A DNA stretch of 33,456 nucleotides from Oceanisphaera sp. (GCA_041586855.1 JBFGZI010000001.1:1-33456); one strand, 5' to 3'; numbered from the stretch's first letter, positions 9,354-20,935 are shown. Numbers and translations are program-made. The notes: a model not told the origin generated them from the sequence alone.

Positions 9354-9547
9354 ATGCATATTGCACGAATGTAGTCGCGCGCTTTAGCCGCGAAAACCTG
9401 CGCAGCAGGTTCTGGTGCACGAGTTCTCATGCCACCGAATGGGTCTGTGGGTTTAACATTTAGAGCGGTACAGAAAAAACCTGAGTTGGGATATCGCTGC
9501 GCGATATTGCACAGCTAAAGCAGTGCCTACATTCGTGCAATATGCAT
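9354..9547. repeat. 194-bp REPIN/MITE-like element with 21-bp perfect terminal inverted repeats ending in GTAG
   Basis: ATGCATATTGCACGAATGTAG (9354-9374) and CTACATTCGTGCAATATGCAT (9527-9547), each followed inward by two hairpins. Confidence 0.8.
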
Positions 9548-9579
9548 ACAGCGCAGGCGCTGCGCTTTCTCTTCACCCT

Positions 9580-9608
9580 AAAAAAGGCCGGCGAATGCCG
9601 GCCTTTTT
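9580..9608. terminator. Bidirectional intrinsic terminator downstream of gltA
   Basis: AAAAAAGGCCGGC-GAAT-GCCGGCCTTTTT. Confidence 0.85.
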
Positions 9609-9640
9609 ATCAGCGGTGGTATCAATCTGAGGTCAGTGCG

Positions 9641-10930
9641 TTACTTCTTCTCGACCTGAGATTTGAACTCGCGCTCGGCTGCGCCTGTGTACAGCTGGCG
9701 CGGACGACCGATTTTCTGCTTGGGATCGGACATCATCTCGTTCCAGTGTGACATCCAGCCCACGGTACGCGCCAGGGCGAAGATCACGGTGAACATGGAG
9801 GTCGGAATACCGATGGCCTTCAGTATGATGCCTGAATAGAAATCGACGTTCGGGTACAGCTTGCGTTCGACGAAGTAGGGGTCTGACAACGCGATGCGCT
9901 CCAGCTCCATGGCCACGTCCAGCAGCGGATCTTCGACTCTGAGATCGTCCAGCACTTCGTGACAGGTGTCGCGCATCACGGTGGCACGGGGGTCGAAATT
10001 CTTGTAGACCCGGTGACCAAATCCCATCAGACGGAAGGGGTCATCCTTGTCCTTGGCACGCTCGATAAACTCGGGAATACGATCCACCGAGCCGATTTCT
10101 TCCAGCATCATCAGGCAGGCTTCGTTGGCACCGCCGTGAGCCGGGCCCCACAGGGATGCAATGCCGGCGGCGATACAGGCGAAGGGGTTGGCACCACTGG
10201 AGCCGGCCAGACGCACGGTCGAGGTGGAGGCGTTCTGCTCGTGATCCGCATGCAGGGTGAAGATGCGGTCCATGGCGCGTTCGACGATAGGGTTGACCTT
10301 GTAGTCTTCACAGGGCACCGCAAACATCATCTGCAGGAAGTTGCCGGCATAGCTCACGTCATTGCGCGGATAGACAAATGGCTGACCAATGGAATATTTA
10401 TAGGCCATGGCCGATATGGTCGGTAGCTTGGCGACCATACGATGGGCGGCAATTTCCCGGTGTTTCGCGTTATTGATGTCCATCGGGTCATGGTAGAAGG
10501 CCGACAGGCCGGCGATAACACCACAGACGATGGCCATGGGGTGAGCGTCACGGCGGTAGCCCTTGAAGAAGGACGACAGCTGCTCGTGTACCATGGTGTG
10601 CCGCATGATATTACGCTCGAACTCGGCGAACTGCTTGGCGGTGGGCGCCTCCCCGTACAGTAGCAGGTAGCAGACTTCGAGATAGCTGGCGTTTTGTGCC
10701 AGCTGATCGATGGGGTAGCCGCGGTGCAGCAGTATGCCCTTGTCACCGTCGATATAGGTGATTTCGGACTGGCAAGACGCAGTGGCCATAAAACCGGGGT
10801 CGTAGGTAAAGTAGCCATGTGAGCCCAGTGTGCTGATGTCGATCACATCATAACCGGCAGTGCCTGAAGCGATAGGAAGCTCAATGGGTTCCTTGCCGGG
10901 CAAGTGTAGAGTGGCCTTTTGGTCAGCCAT
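9641..10930 (-). CDS. gltA: Citrate synthase (type II)
   Basis: [40 protein letters not shown]; divergent from sdhC. Confidence 0.98.
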   Translation of the reverse strand: MADQKATLHLPGKEPIELPIASGTAGYDVIDISTLGSHGYFTYDPGFMATASCQSEITYIDGDKGILLHRGYPIDQLAQNASYLEVCYLLLYGEAPTAKQFAEFERNIMRHTMVHEQLSSFFKGYRRDAHPMAIVCGVIAGLSAFYHDPMDINNAKHREIAAHRMVAKLPTISAMAYKYSIGQPFVYPRNDVSYAGNFLQMMFAVPCEDYKVNPIVERAMDRIFTLHADHEQNASTSTVRLAGSSGANPFACIAAGIASLWGPAHGGANEACLMMLEEIGSVDRIPEFIERAKDKDDPFRLMGFGHRVYKNFDPRATVMRDTCHEVLDDLRVEDPLLDVAMELERIALSDPYFVERKLYPNVDFYSGIILKAIGIPTSMFTVIFALARTVGWMSHWNEMMSDPKQKIGRPRQLYTGAAEREFKSQVEKK

Positions 10931-11097
10931 AGCACGTCTCCTTTGCTTTTTTATAATAGGTCCACGGATAGGTATTTTTACATAGTTAAAATGAATTTCT
11001 AACTACTATTGCTTCCATGGTGCGTGCGTATTGAAAACAGAACAGGGGGGCAATGTCAATTTTCCTAGGCTCAGCTGGCCACGGGTTGACGCCGTTG

Positions 11098-11169
11098 TGC
11101 GATCGGCTTTACACATTTGGTAATTGCTGCAGACCCTTCCATTGTAATTATTTTTCTCATCCATATACT
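11098..11169 (+). promoter_or_regulatory. Putative sdhC sigma70 promoter with upstream CRP-like site
   Basis: TTGTAA (11142-11147), 16-nt spacer, TATACT (11164-11169), resembling the enterobacterial sdhC promoter hexamers. TGCGA-N6-TTACA at 11098-11113 is centred about 70 nt upstream of the inferred start. Confidence 0.5.
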
Positions 11170-11338
11170 GGACGCCGAGGGTATATGGTGCAGTTTTGGG
11201 TCTGTTGCAAGTGCAATTGCTGGTGTTCTGAACGCCCTCGGGCATCCGGATTACCAGTGCGCATTTTCTCTCATGCCCTTATCTCATGTATCCGGGCTTT
11301 ATCTGTGAAAACAATAACTAACGTGCTCAATGGAGCTA

Positions 11339-11728
11339 GTGGGCAAGACCGTGACTAAAAAACAGAGACCTGTAAACCTCGACCTACGGACTATTCGCCA
11401 ACCTGTCGCTGCAATCGCATCCATCCTGCACCGGGTTTCCGGTGTCATCACGCTGTTCGCACTCGCCATACTACTGTGGCTGCTGAGTTACTCGCTTTCT
11501 TCCGAAACCGGGTTTCAGGCAGTCGTGGATATTCTCGACGGTTTCTTCGTCGGCTTTATCCTCTGGGGTGTGTTGACTGCGCTGGCCTACCACATAGTAG
11601 GCGGCATTCGCCACCTCATTATGGACCTGGGCTACTGTGAAGAGCTGGAGTCGGGTGCGCTGAGTGCCAAGGTGGCGTTCGGTGTGACTATCGTGTTGTC
11701 ACTGTTGGCGGGGGTAATGGTATGGTAA
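11339..11728 (+). CDS. sdhC: Succinate dehydrogenase cytochrome b556 subunit
   Basis: [27 protein letters not shown]. Start uncertain (ATG 11330, GTG 11339 or GTG 11351). Confidence 0.95.
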   Translation: MGKTVTKKQRPVNLDLRTIRQPVAAIASILHRVSGVITLFALAILLWLLSYSLSSETGFQAVVDILDGFFVGFILWGVLTALAYHIVGGIRHLIMDLGYCEELESGALSAKVAFGVTIVLSLLAGVMVW

Positions 11729-12066
11729 CCAATTCTGCAACCTTTGGGCGCAGCGGCGTACACGACTTCATGTTGATGCGCGCGTCGGCCGTTATTCTGA
11801 CCTTATACACCCTCTACCTGGTGGGTTTTATCGCCTTTAACGACATCACCTTCGATGTCTGGGCGGGCTTCTTCGACAAGACCTTTACCAAGGTGTTTAC
11901 GCTACTGGCGCTGTTCAGCATGCTGATGCATGGCTGGATTGGTGCCTGGCAGGTGCTGTCCGACTACGTCAAACCGGCCTTGTGGCGCGGTGTGGCCCAG
12001 TTTGGGATAGTGGTGTTACTGCTGGTTTATGTACTGACCGGTATCGTCGTACTGTGGGGTGTATAA
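11722..12066 (+). CDS. sdhD: Succinate dehydrogenase hydrophobic anchor
   Basis: [23 protein letters not shown]. Confidence 0.95.
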   Translation: MVTNSATFGRSGVHDFMLMRASAVILTLYTLYLVGFIAFNDITFDVWAGFFDKTFTKVFTLLALFSMLMHGWIGAWQVLSDYVKPALWRGVAQFGIVVLLLVYVLTGIVVLWGV

Positions 12067-12067
12067 G

Positions 12068-13834
12068 GTGACTATTACAATTCGCGAATTCGACGCCGTG
12101 GTAATCGGCGCCGGCGGTGCGGGCATGCGTGCCGCGCTACAAATTGCCGAGTCCGGCAAGAGCTGCGCGCTCTTGTCCAAGGTATTTCCGACCCGTTCAC
12201 ATACCGTATCCGCCCAGGGTGGTATTACGGTAGCGCTGGGCAATGCCCATGAGGACAACTGGGAATGGCACATGTACGATACCGTCAAGGGTTCCGATTA
12301 TATCGGTGACCAGGACGCCATCGAATTCATGTGTCAGACCGGTCCCGAGGCCATTCTCGAGCTGGAAAAAATGGGCCTGCCCTTCTCTCGCTTCGACAAC
12401 GGCACCGTGTATCAGCGTCCCTTCGGCGGCCAGTCCAAGGCCTTCGGTGGCGAACAGGCGGCACGTACCGCTGCAGCCTCCGACCGTACCGGTCATGCTC
12501 TGCTGCACACCCTCTACCAGCAAAACGTCAAGCACAAGACCACCGTTTTCTCCGAATGGTATGCGCTGGATCTGGTGAAAAACCAGGACGGTGACGTGGT
12601 GGGTTGTACCGCCATCGACATCGAAACCGGCGAACTGGTGTACTTCAAGGCCAAGGCCACCATTCTGGCTACCGGCGGCGCCGGTCGTATCTTCCAGTCT
12701 ACCACCAATGCTCATATCAACACCGGCGACGGCGTGGGTATGGCCCTGCGTGCCGGCGTGCCGGTGCAGGACATGGAAATGTGGCAGTTCCACCCCACCG
12801 GCATCGCCGGCGCGGGTACCCTGGTGACCGAAGGTTGCCGCGGTGAAGGCGGTTACCTGCTGAACAAGGACGGCGAGCGCTTCATGGAGCGCTATGCGCC
12901 CAACGCCAAGGACCTGGCCGGTCGTGACGTGGTCGCCCGCTCCATGATGATCGAGATCCGCGAAGGCCGTGGCTGCGATGGCCCCTGGGGTCCGCACCTG
13001 AAGCTGAAGCTGGATCACCTGGGCAAGGACGTACTCGAATCCCGTCTGCCCGGCATCTGTGAACTGTCCCGTACCTTCGCCCACGTGGATCCGGTGAAAG
13101 AGCCGATTCCGGTTATTCCTACCTGTCACTACATGATGGGCGGTGTACCGACCAACGTGAACGGCCAGGCGCTGACCGTCGATGCAGATGGTAAGGATGT
13201 GCCGGTGAAAGGCCTGTTTGCCGTCGGTGAGATTGCCTGCGTATCGGTACACGGTGCCAACCGTCTGGGCGGTAACTCGCTGCTGGATCTGGTGGTGTTC
13301 GGTCGTGCCGTGGGTCGTCACCTGACCGAAGCCCTGAACGAGCTGACAGATATCAAAGACGCCACCGCTGCGGATATAGACGCCGCCATGGCGCGCTATA
13401 ACCGTTGGGAAAACAACCGCGACGGCGAAGATCCGGTACAAATCAAGAAAGACTTGCAAGAATGCATGCAGCATAACTTCTCGGTGTTCCGCGAAGGTGA
13501 TGCCATGGCGACCGGTCTGGCCGAGCTGAAGAAAATTCGCGAACGCCTCAAGAATGCCCGTCTGGATGATACCAGCAGCGACTTCAATACCCAGCGTATC
13601 GAATGTCTGGAACTGGACAACCTGATGGAAACCGCTTACGCCACCGCCGTGGCCGCGAACTTCCGTACCGAAAGCCGTGGTGCCCACTCTCGTTTCGATT
13701 ACCCGGAGCGTGATGACGAAAACTGGTTGTGTCATTCCCTGTACAGCCCGCAAACCGAGTCCATGAGCAGACGGTCCGTGAATATGTCACCGAATCTTCG
13801 TGACGCATTCCCGCCGAAAGCGCGGACTTACTAA
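12068..13834 (+). CDS. sdhA: Succinate dehydrogenase flavoprotein subunit
   Basis: [16 protein letters not shown] (FAD-binding His), [11 protein letters not shown]; GTG start at 12068 gives 588 aa. Confidence 0.98.
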   Translation: MTITIREFDAVVIGAGGAGMRAALQIAESGKSCALLSKVFPTRSHTVSAQGGITVALGNAHEDNWEWHMYDTVKGSDYIGDQDAIEFMCQTGPEAILELEKMGLPFSRFDNGTVYQRPFGGQSKAFGGEQAARTAAASDRTGHALLHTLYQQNVKHKTTVFSEWYALDLVKNQDGDVVGCTAIDIETGELVYFKAKATILATGGAGRIFQSTTNAHINTGDGVGMALRAGVPVQDMEMWQFHPTGIAGAGTLVTEGCRGEGGYLLNKDGERFMERYAPNAKDLAGRDVVARSMMIEIREGRGCDGPWGPHLKLKLDHLGKDVLESRLPGICELSRTFAHVDPVKEPIPVIPTCHYMMGGVPTNVNGQALTVDADGKDVPVKGLFAVGEIACVSVHGANRLGGNSLLDLVVFGRAVGRHLTEALNELTDIKDATAADIDAAMARYNRWENNRDGEDPVQIKKDLQECMQHNFSVFREGDAMATGLAELKKIRERLKNARLDDTSSDFNTQRIECLELDNLMETAYATAVAANFRTESRGAHSRFDYPERDDENWLCHSLYSPQTESMSRRSVNMSPNLRDAFPPKARTY

Positions 13835-13849
13835 GGGGAGGGAATAAAG

Positions 13850-14566
13850 ATGCAAGTCACTATTTCAGTTTACCGCTACAACCCGGAAATCGATGCCAAG
13901 CCCTACATGAAAGACTACCGGCTGGACGTAGCCGAAGGTTCCGACATGATGGTGCTGGATGCCCTGCTGGCCCTGAAGGAACAGGAGCCGACCCTGTCTT
14001 TCCGTCGTTCCTGCCGGGAAGGTGTCTGTGGCTCCGATGGCATGAACATGAACGGCAAGAACGGCCTGGCCTGTATTACGCCGCTGTCCGACTTGCTGGG
14101 CAAGGATAACAAGGTGGTGATTCGGCCACTGCCCGGCCTGCCGGTGGTGCGTGACCTGGTGATCGACATGAGCCAGTTCTACACCCAGTGGGAAAAGGTC
14201 AAACCCTTCCTGATTGCCGATGATAAATTACCGCCGGCGCGGGAACACATACAGTCACCGGAAGAAAGAGCCAAGCTGGATGGACTGTACGAGTGCATTC
14301 TGTGCGCCTGCTGTTCAACTGCCTGTCCCTCCTTCTGGTGGAACCCGGACAAGTTTATCGGCCCGGCCGGTTTGCTGGCTGCCTACCGCTGGCTGGCCGA
14401 CAGCCGCGACACCGCCGCCGATGAACGTCTGGCCAGCATGGAAGACGCCTTCAGCGTATTCCGTTGTCATGGCATCATGAACTGCGTGAATGTATGTCCC
14501 AAGGGTCTGAACCCTACCAAGGCCATTGGTCACATCAAATCCATGCTGTTGAAGCGGGCAGTTTAA
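13850..14566 (+). CDS. sdhB: Succinate dehydrogenase iron-sulfur subunit
   Basis: SCREGVCGSD, CILCACCSTACP, CHGIMNCVNVCP. Confidence 0.98.
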   Translation: MQVTISVYRYNPEIDAKPYMKDYRLDVAEGSDMMVLDALLALKEQEPTLSFRRSCREGVCGSDGMNMNGKNGLACITPLSDLLGKDNKVVIRPLPGLPVVRDLVIDMSQFYTQWEKVKPFLIADDKLPPAREHIQSPEERAKLDGLYECILCACCSTACPSFWWNPDKFIGPAGLLAAYRWLADSRDTAADERLASMEDAFSVFRCHGIMNCVNVCPKGLNPTKAIGHIKSMLLKRAV

Positions 14567-14661
14567 TCGTCCCAGCTAGATAATCCGCCGTCCGCAAGGG
14601 CGGCTTTGACTCGATGACCAGAACGACAGTAGCCCTGTCGAGACGTTACAAAGGGATAAAA

Positions 14662-17475
14662 ATGCACAATGGCGTAATGCAAGCCTGGCTGGAATCCTCT
14701 TACCTGGCCGGTGCCAATGCGACCTATGTAGAAGATCTTTACGAGGCATACCTTGCCGATCCTGATTCTGTTCCCGAGCAATGGCAGACCGTATTCAACG
14801 GCCTGCCGGCGCAAGAAGAGAACGTGCAGGATCAACCTCATTCGCAAGTGAGAGATTACTTCCGCCGCCTTGCCAAAGACACCTCCCGTTATGCCACGCC
14901 GGTCAGTGATCCCCACACCGACGCCAAGCAGGTCAAGGTTCTGCAGCTGATCAACGCCTATCGTTTCCGTGGCCATCAGAATGCGAACCTGGATCCGCTC
15001 GGGTTGTGGAATCGTGATGTGGTGGCCGAGCTGGATCCGGCCTATCACAACCTGACCGGTGCCGATCTGGACGCCACCTTCAACGTGGGCTCCTACGCCA
15101 TCGGCCAGGAAACCATGAAACTGAAGGATCTGGTGGCGGCGCTGAAGAAGACCTACTGCGGCCCTGTCGGGGCCGAGTACATGCATATCACCAGCACCCG
15201 GGAAAAGCGCTGGATCCAGAGCCAGCTTGAGCCGGTGGTGGGTGAACCCAAATACACCGACGAAGACAAACTTCGTTTCCTGGACAATCTGACCGCGGCC
15301 GAAGGCCTGGAAAAATATCTGGGTGCCAAGTTCCCCGGCGCCAAGCGCTTCTCTCTCGAGGGCGGCGATGCCATGGTCCCCATGACCAAGGAGCTGATCC
15401 GTCGCTTCGGTGAGAAGGGCGGTCGGGAAGTGGTGATCGGCATGGCCCACCGCGGTCGTCTGAACATGCTGGTCAACGTGCTGGGCAAACGCCCTCAGGA
15501 CCTGTTCGATGCCTTTGCCGGCAAGTACGAAGTACAAAGCTCCGGTGATGTTAAATATCACATGGGTTTCAGTTCCGATTTCGACACCCCCGGCGGCCCA
15601 GTACACCTGGCGCTGGCGTTCAACCCCTCGCATCTGGAAATCGTCAACCCGGTGGTCATCGGCTCGGTGCGCGCGCGCATGGACCGACTGGACAACCCGG
15701 ATGGCCGTCAGGTACTGCCGATCACCATTCATGGTGACTCGGCCTTTGCAGGCCAGGGTGTGGTTGCCGAAACCTTCAACATGTCGCTGACCCGCGGCTA
15801 TGGCGTGGGCGGCACTATCCGTATCGTGATCAACAACCAGGTTGGCTTTACCACTTCCAACCCACGCGATACCCGCTCCACCGAATACTGTACCGATATC
15901 GCCAAGATGGTGCAGGCGCCGATTTTCCACGTCAATGCGGACGATCCGGAAGCCGTGGTGCAGGTGACTCAGCTGGCACTGGACTACCGCAACGAGTTCG
16001 GTCGCGATGTGGTGATCGACCTGGTCTGTTATCGCCGTCACGGTCACAACGAGGCCGATGAGCCGAGTGCGACCCAGCCGCTGATGTATCAGAAGATCAA
16101 GAAACACCCGACCCCGCGCAAGATTTATGCGGATCAGTTGATCGGCAAGGGTACCGTCTCTGCGGAAGACGCCACCTCCATGATCAATGAATATCGTGAC
16201 GCCCTGGATCACGGCGAATGCGTGGTCAAGGAATGGCGCCCGATGGAGAAGCACTCCGTCGACTGGACTCCCTATCTGGGCCACGAGTGGGACATGCCCT
16301 ACGATTCGGCCTATCCGCTGGACAAGCTGAAAGACCTGGCCGAGCGGGTGACCGATTACCCGGAGAGCCATACCCTGCAGCGTCAGGTGGGCAAGATCTA
16401 TACCGATCGCAAGCTGATGGCCAAGGGCGAAAAGCTGGCCGACTGGGGTTTTGCCGAAGTGCTGGCCTATGCCACCCTGTGTGACAACGGTTATGAGGTT
16501 CGCCTCACCGGTCAGGATTCGGGTCGCGGCACCTTCTTCCACCGCCATGCAGTACTGCACAACCAGAACGATGCCAGCACCTATACCCCGCTGTGTCACC
16601 TGTCAGACAGCCAGGGTCAGTTCCAGGTCTATGACTCGGTACTGAGCGAAGAAGCGGTGATGGCCTTCGAATACGGCTATGCCACCGCCGAGCCGGAAGG
16701 CCTGACCGTCTGGGAAGCCCAGTTTGGTGACTTCGCCAACGGCGCCCAGGTGGTGATCGATCAGTTCCTGAGCTCCGGTGAGCAGAAGTGGGGCCGGATG
16801 TGCGGTCTGACCCTGTTGTTGCCTCATGGTTACGAAGGTCAGGGACCGGAACATTCCAGTGCCCGTCTGGAGCGTTATCTGCAGCTGTGCGCCGAGCACA
16901 ACATGCAGGTGTGCGCGCCTACGACGCCGGCTCAGGTGTTCCACATGCTGCGTCGTCAGGTACTGCGGCCCATGCGTCGTCCTTTGGTGGTCATGACGCC
17001 CAAGTCGCTGCTGCGTCACCCGCTGGCGGTATCCGAGCTGGAAAGCCTGGCGAGCGGTACCTTCCAGAATGCCATTGGTGAAATTGATGACCTGGATCCC
17101 AAAGGCGTCAAGCGTGTTGTTCTGTGTTCCGGCAAGGTGTATTACGATTTGCTGGAAACGCGACGCAAGCAAGAACAAACGGATGTGGCCATTATTCGGA
17201 TCGAGCAATTGTATCCGTTCCCTCAGGAAGAGGTTGCCGCGATTCTTGCCGACTACCAGCACGTAACCGACTTCGTCTGGTGTCAGGAAGAGCCGCAAAA
17301 CCAGGGGGCCTGGTATTGCAGCCAGCACCACTTCCGGGCTGCGATTCCGGCGGGAGCGAACCTGCGTTATACAGGTCGCGAAGCCTCTGCATCACCGGCG
17401 GTGGGCTACACCTCTGTTCACTTACAACAACAAAAAGCGCTGGTCGAAGACGCACTGACGCTGACCGAAGCATAA
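14662..17475 (+). CDS. sucA: 2-oxoglutarate dehydrogenase E1
   Basis: Start reassigned to MHNGVMQAW (AAGGGA RBS); GMAHRGRLN, HGDSAFAGQG, WEAQFGDF. Confidence 0.98.
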   Translation: MHNGVMQAWLESSYLAGANATYVEDLYEAYLADPDSVPEQWQTVFNGLPAQEENVQDQPHSQVRDYFRRLAKDTSRYATPVSDPHTDAKQVKVLQLINAYRFRGHQNANLDPLGLWNRDVVAELDPAYHNLTGADLDATFNVGSYAIGQETMKLKDLVAALKKTYCGPVGAEYMHITSTREKRWIQSQLEPVVGEPKYTDEDKLRFLDNLTAAEGLEKYLGAKFPGAKRFSLEGGDAMVPMTKELIRRFGEKGGREVVIGMAHRGRLNMLVNVLGKRPQDLFDAFAGKYEVQSSGDVKYHMGFSSDFDTPGGPVHLALAFNPSHLEIVNPVVIGSVRARMDRLDNPDGRQVLPITIHGDSAFAGQGVVAETFNMSLTRGYGVGGTIRIVINNQVGFTTSNPRDTRSTEYCTDIAKMVQAPIFHVNADDPEAVVQVTQLALDYRNEFGRDVVIDLVCYRRHGHNEADEPSATQPLMYQKIKKHPTPRKIYADQLIGKGTVSAEDATSMINEYRDALDHGECVVKEWRPMEKHSVDWTPYLGHEWDMPYDSAYPLDKLKDLAERVTDYPESHTLQRQVGKIYTDRKLMAKGEKLADWGFAEVLAYATLCDNGYEVRLTGQDSGRGTFFHRHAVLHNQNDASTYTPLCHLSDSQGQFQVYDSVLSEEAVMAFEYGYATAEPEGLTVWEAQFGDFANGAQVVIDQFLSSGEQKWGRMCGLTLLLPHGYEGQGPEHSSARLERYLQLCAEHNMQVCAPTTPAQVFHMLRRQVLRPMRRPLVVMTPKSLLRHPLAVSELESLASGTFQNAIGEIDDLDPKGVKRVVLCSGKVYYDLLETRRKQEQTDVAIIRIEQLYPFPQEEVAAILADYQHVTDFVWCQEEPQNQGAWYCSQHHFRAAIPAGANLRYTGREASASPAVGYTSVHLQQQKALVEDALTLTEA

Positions 17476-17493
17476 CGCACAAAGGACATATTG

Positions 17494-18696
17494 ATGACCA
17501 TCGAAATCAAGGTTCCCGACTTACCAGAGTCCGTAGCCGATGCCACTATCGCCACCTGGCACAAACAGCCGGGTGACCGGGTTGAGCGCGACGAAGTGAT
17601 CGTCGACATCGAAACCGACAAGGTGGTACTGGAAGTACCGGCGCCCGAAGCCGGTATTCTGGAAGCCATCATCGAAGACGCCGGCGCTACCGTGCTGGGT
17701 CAGCAGCTGATCGGCAAGCTCAAGCAGGGTGCCGTGGCCGGTGAAGCGACCAAGGAAAAGGCTGCTTCTTCCGCCAATGGCGAAGCCAAAGCCGACGCCA
17801 AGTCCGACGATGACAGCCTGAGCCCGGCGGTTCGCCGCCTGGTGGCCGAGCACGGCATCGACGTGGCCAAGCTGTCCGGCTCCGGCAAGGGCGGTCGCAT
17901 CACCAAGGAAGATGTGGAAGCCTTTATCAAGGGCGGCAACAAGCCGGCGGCAGCGCCCGCCGCCAAGGCCGAAGCCCCAGTGGTGCCGCTGGGTGAGCGT
18001 ACCGAGAAGCGGGTGCCCATGACTCGTCTGCGCAAGCGCGTAGCCGAGCGCCTGCTCGAAGCCAAGAACACCACCGCCATGCTGACCACCTTCAACGAGG
18101 TCAACATGGGGCCGATCATGAGCCTGCGCAAGCAGTATCAGGAAGTGTTCGAGAAGCGTCACGGTATTCGTCTGGGCTTTATGTCTTTCTACGTGAAAGC
18201 CGTAGTGGAGTCGCTCAAGCGATACCCGGAAGTGAATGCGTCCATCGACGGCGAAGATATCGTGTATCACAACTACTTCGACGTCAGCATAGCGGTATCC
18301 ACCCCTCGTGGCCTGGTGACTCCTGTGCTGCGCGACTGTGATCGCCTGAGCCTGGCTGACATCGAAAAGAGCATCAAGGAACTGGCCATCAAGGGTCGTG
18401 ACGGCAAGCTGACCGTGGACGACATGACCGGCGGTAACTTCACCATTACCAACGGTGGTGTATTCGGCTCTCTGATGTCGACGCCGATCATCAACCCGCC
18501 GCAGAGCGCTATTCTGGGTATGCACAAGATCCAGGACCGCCCCATGGCCGTGAACGGCAAGGTTGAAATACAGCCGATGATGTACCTGGCGCTGTCTTAC
18601 GATCACCGTCTCATCGATGGTCGCGAGTCGGTCGGCTATCTGGTTTCCATCAAGGAACTGCTGGAAGATCCGACCCGTCTGCTGCTGGACGTATAA
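17494..18696 (+). CDS. sucB: Dihydrolipoamide succinyltransferase E2
   Basis: Lipoyl motif IETDKV and catalytic motif SYDHRLIDG. Confidence 0.98.
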   Translation: MTIEIKVPDLPESVADATIATWHKQPGDRVERDEVIVDIETDKVVLEVPAPEAGILEAIIEDAGATVLGQQLIGKLKQGAVAGEATKEKAASSANGEAKADAKSDDDSLSPAVRRLVAEHGIDVAKLSGSGKGGRITKEDVEAFIKGGNKPAAAPAAKAEAPVVPLGERTEKRVPMTRLRKRVAERLLEAKNTTAMLTTFNEVNMGPIMSLRKQYQEVFEKRHGIRLGFMSFYVKAVVESLKRYPEVNASIDGEDIVYHNYFDVSIAVSTPRGLVTPVLRDCDRLSLADIEKSIKELAIKGRDGKLTVDDMTGGNFTITNGGVFGSLMSTPIINPPQSAILGMHKIQDRPMAVNGKVEIQPMMYLALSYDHRLIDGRESVGYLVSIKELLEDPTRLLLDV

Positions 18697-18708
18697 ACCG
18701 ATAACAAG

Positions 18709-18735
18709 AGGTCGGGCTGCGGCCCGGCCTTTTTT
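18709..18735 (+). terminator. Intrinsic terminator-like hairpin between sucB and sucC
   Basis: AGGTCGGGC-TGCG-GCCCGGCCT followed by a T run. Confidence 0.7.
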
Positions 18736-18808
18736 ATACCCCTGGCAACAACATAAAAACGGAAATAAAAAAATACTCTGAACCCTTACACAACAACGGA
18801 AACACAAC

Positions 18809-19975
18809 ATGAATTTGCATGAATATCAGGCAAAACAATTGTTTGCTGAATACGGTCTACCCGTTTCAGAAGGCTATGCATGTGATAATCCACAGGAAGC
18901 AGTGGAAGCCGCCAGCAAGATCGGCGGTAGTATGTGGGTGGTGAAATGTCAGGTTCACGCCGGAGGCCGCGGTAAGGCCGGTGGTGTCAAGCTGGCTAAC
19001 ACCAAAGAAGAGATAAGAGAATTCGCCGAAAACTGGCTGGGCAAAAATCTGGTGACCTACCAGACCGATGCCAAAGGTCAGCCGGTGGCCAAGATCCTGG
19101 TTGAGTCCTGCACCGATATCGACAAAGAGTTGTATCTGGGTGCGGTTGTCGACCGGGGTACCCGTCGTGTGGTGTTTATGGCATCCACCGAAGGTGGTGT
19201 GGAAATCGAGAAGGTCGCGGAGGAAACTCCCGAGCTCATCCACAAGGCGGCTATCGACCCCCTGGTAGGCCCGCAGGCTTATCAAGGCCGTGAACTGGCA
19301 TTCAAACTGGGCCTCAAGGGCGACCAGATCAAACAGTTCACCAAGATTTTTCTCGGTCTGGGACAGATGTTCCTGGACTACGATTTCGCTCTGCTCGAAA
19401 TCAACCCCCTGGTGATCACCGCCGAAGGCAAGCTGCATTGTCTGGACGGCAAGATCAACATCGACTCCAACGCCATGTACCGTCAGCCCAAGTTGCGCGA
19501 GATGCATGATCCCTCACAGGATGATGCCCGCGAAGCCCATGCGGCCAAATGGGAACTGAACTATGTGGCACTGGATGGCAACATCGGCTGCATGGTCAAT
19601 GGTGCCGGCCTGGCCATGGGCACCATGGACATCGTTAACCTGCACGGCGGTGCACCCGCCAACTTCCTGGACGTAGGCGGCGGCGCCACCAAGGAGCGGG
19701 TGACAGAAGCTTTCAAGATTATTCTCTCCGACAGCAATGTGAAAGCAGTGCTGGTGAACATCTTCGGCGGTATCGTCCGTTGTGACATGATTGCCGAAGG
19801 CATTATCGGTGCGGTAAAAGAAGTGGGCGTTAAAGTCCCGGTGGTGGTGCGTCTGGAAGGCAATAATGCCGAAGCCGGCACCGCGAAACTGGCTGAGTCC
19901 GGTCTCAACATCATCGCCGCCACCAGCCTGACCGACGCAGCCGTTCAGGTCGTTAACGCCGCACAGGGGAAATAA
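18809..19975 (+). CDS. sucC: Succinyl-CoA synthetase beta subunit
   Basis: [26 protein letters not shown]; 388 aa. Confidence 0.98.
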   Translation: MNLHEYQAKQLFAEYGLPVSEGYACDNPQEAVEAASKIGGSMWVVKCQVHAGGRGKAGGVKLANTKEEIREFAENWLGKNLVTYQTDAKGQPVAKILVESCTDIDKELYLGAVVDRGTRRVVFMASTEGGVEIEKVAEETPELIHKAAIDPLVGPQAYQGRELAFKLGLKGDQIKQFTKIFLGLGQMFLDYDFALLEINPLVITAEGKLHCLDGKINIDSNAMYRQPKLREMHDPSQDDAREAHAAKWELNYVALDGNIGCMVNGAGLAMGTMDIVNLHGGAPANFLDVGGGATKERVTEAFKIILSDSNVKAVLVNIFGGIVRCDMIAEGIIGAVKEVGVKVPVVVRLEGNNAEAGTAKLAESGLNIIAATSLTDAAVQVVNAAQGK

Positions 19976-19979
19976 CAGC

Positions 19980-20852
19980 ATGAGCATTCTGATCAACAAA
20001 GACACCAAGGTGATTTGTCAGGGTTTCACCGGTGGCCAGGGTACCTTTCATTCCGAACAGGCCATTGAATACGGCACCCAAATGGTGGGTGGCGTATCGC
20101 CGGGCAAGGGTGGCACTACCCACCTGGGATTGCCGGTTTTCAACACGGTACGTGAAGCGGTTGAAGTGACCGGTGCCACCGCCAGCGTGATCTATGTTCC
20201 GGCGGCCTTCTGTAAAGACGCCATTCTGGAAGCGATCGATGCGGGCATAGAGCTGATTGTGACCATCACCGAAGGCATTCCGACCCTGGACATGCTGGAC
20301 GTGAAAGTGAAGCTGGAACAAACCGGTGTACGCATGATTGGCCCCAACTGCCCTGGCGTGATCACCCCGGACGAGTGCAAAATCGGCATTATGCCGGGTC
20401 ATATCCACAAGAAGGGCAAGGTGGGTATCGTATCCCGCTCCGGCACCCTGACCTACGAAGCGGTCAAGCAGACTACGGATGAAGGCTTCGGCCAGTCCAG
20501 TTGCGTAGGCATCGGTGGCGACCCGATTCCGGGCTCCAACTTCATCGATATTCTCGAGTTGTTCGAGAAAGATCCGGAAACCGAAGCCATCGTGATGATC
20601 GGTGAAATCGGCGGTACCGCCGAAGAAGAGGCCGCCGCCTACATCAAGGAATACGTCACCAAGCCGGTGGTGTCCTACATCGCCGGTGTGACCGCGCCTC
20701 CGGGCAAGCGCATGGGCCATGCGGGCGCCATTATTTCCGGTGGTAAGGGCACGGCAGACGAGAAGTTTGCCGCCCTGCAGGACGCCGGTGTGAAAACCGT
20801 ACGCTCTCTGGCCGATATCGGTCAGGCGCTGCGCGAAGTAACCGGTTGGTAA
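19980..20852 (+). CDS. sucD: Succinyl-CoA synthetase alpha subunit
   Basis: [21 protein letters not shown] (phospho-His). Confidence 0.98.
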   Translation: MSILINKDTKVICQGFTGGQGTFHSEQAIEYGTQMVGGVSPGKGGTTHLGLPVFNTVREAVEVTGATASVIYVPAAFCKDAILEAIDAGIELIVTITEGIPTLDMLDVKVKLEQTGVRMIGPNCPGVITPDECKIGIMPGHIHKKGKVGIVSRSGTLTYEAVKQTTDEGFGQSSCVGIGGDPIPGSNFIDILELFEKDPETEAIVMIGEIGGTAEEEAAAYIKEYVTKPVVSYIAGVTAPPGKRMGHAGAIISGGKGTADEKFAALQDAGVKTVRSLADIGQALREVTGW

Positions 20853-20881
20853 CAGCAAAGCTGTCAGCGTTACGCTGAAAG

Positions 20882-20908
20882 AAAAAAGGAGCCGAAAGGC
20901 TCCTTTTT
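20882..20908. terminator. Bidirectional intrinsic terminator (sucD / YbaK-like gene)
   Basis: AAAAAAGGAGCC-GAAA-GGCTCCTTTTT. Confidence 0.9.
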
Positions 20909-20935
20909 GTTTTTTGTTACCCCTCACGTTTTGAA

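Noticed and set aside
20853-20908. SdhX-like sRNA from the sucD 3' UTR
   Set aside because: The UTR is very short and I see no recognisable similarity.
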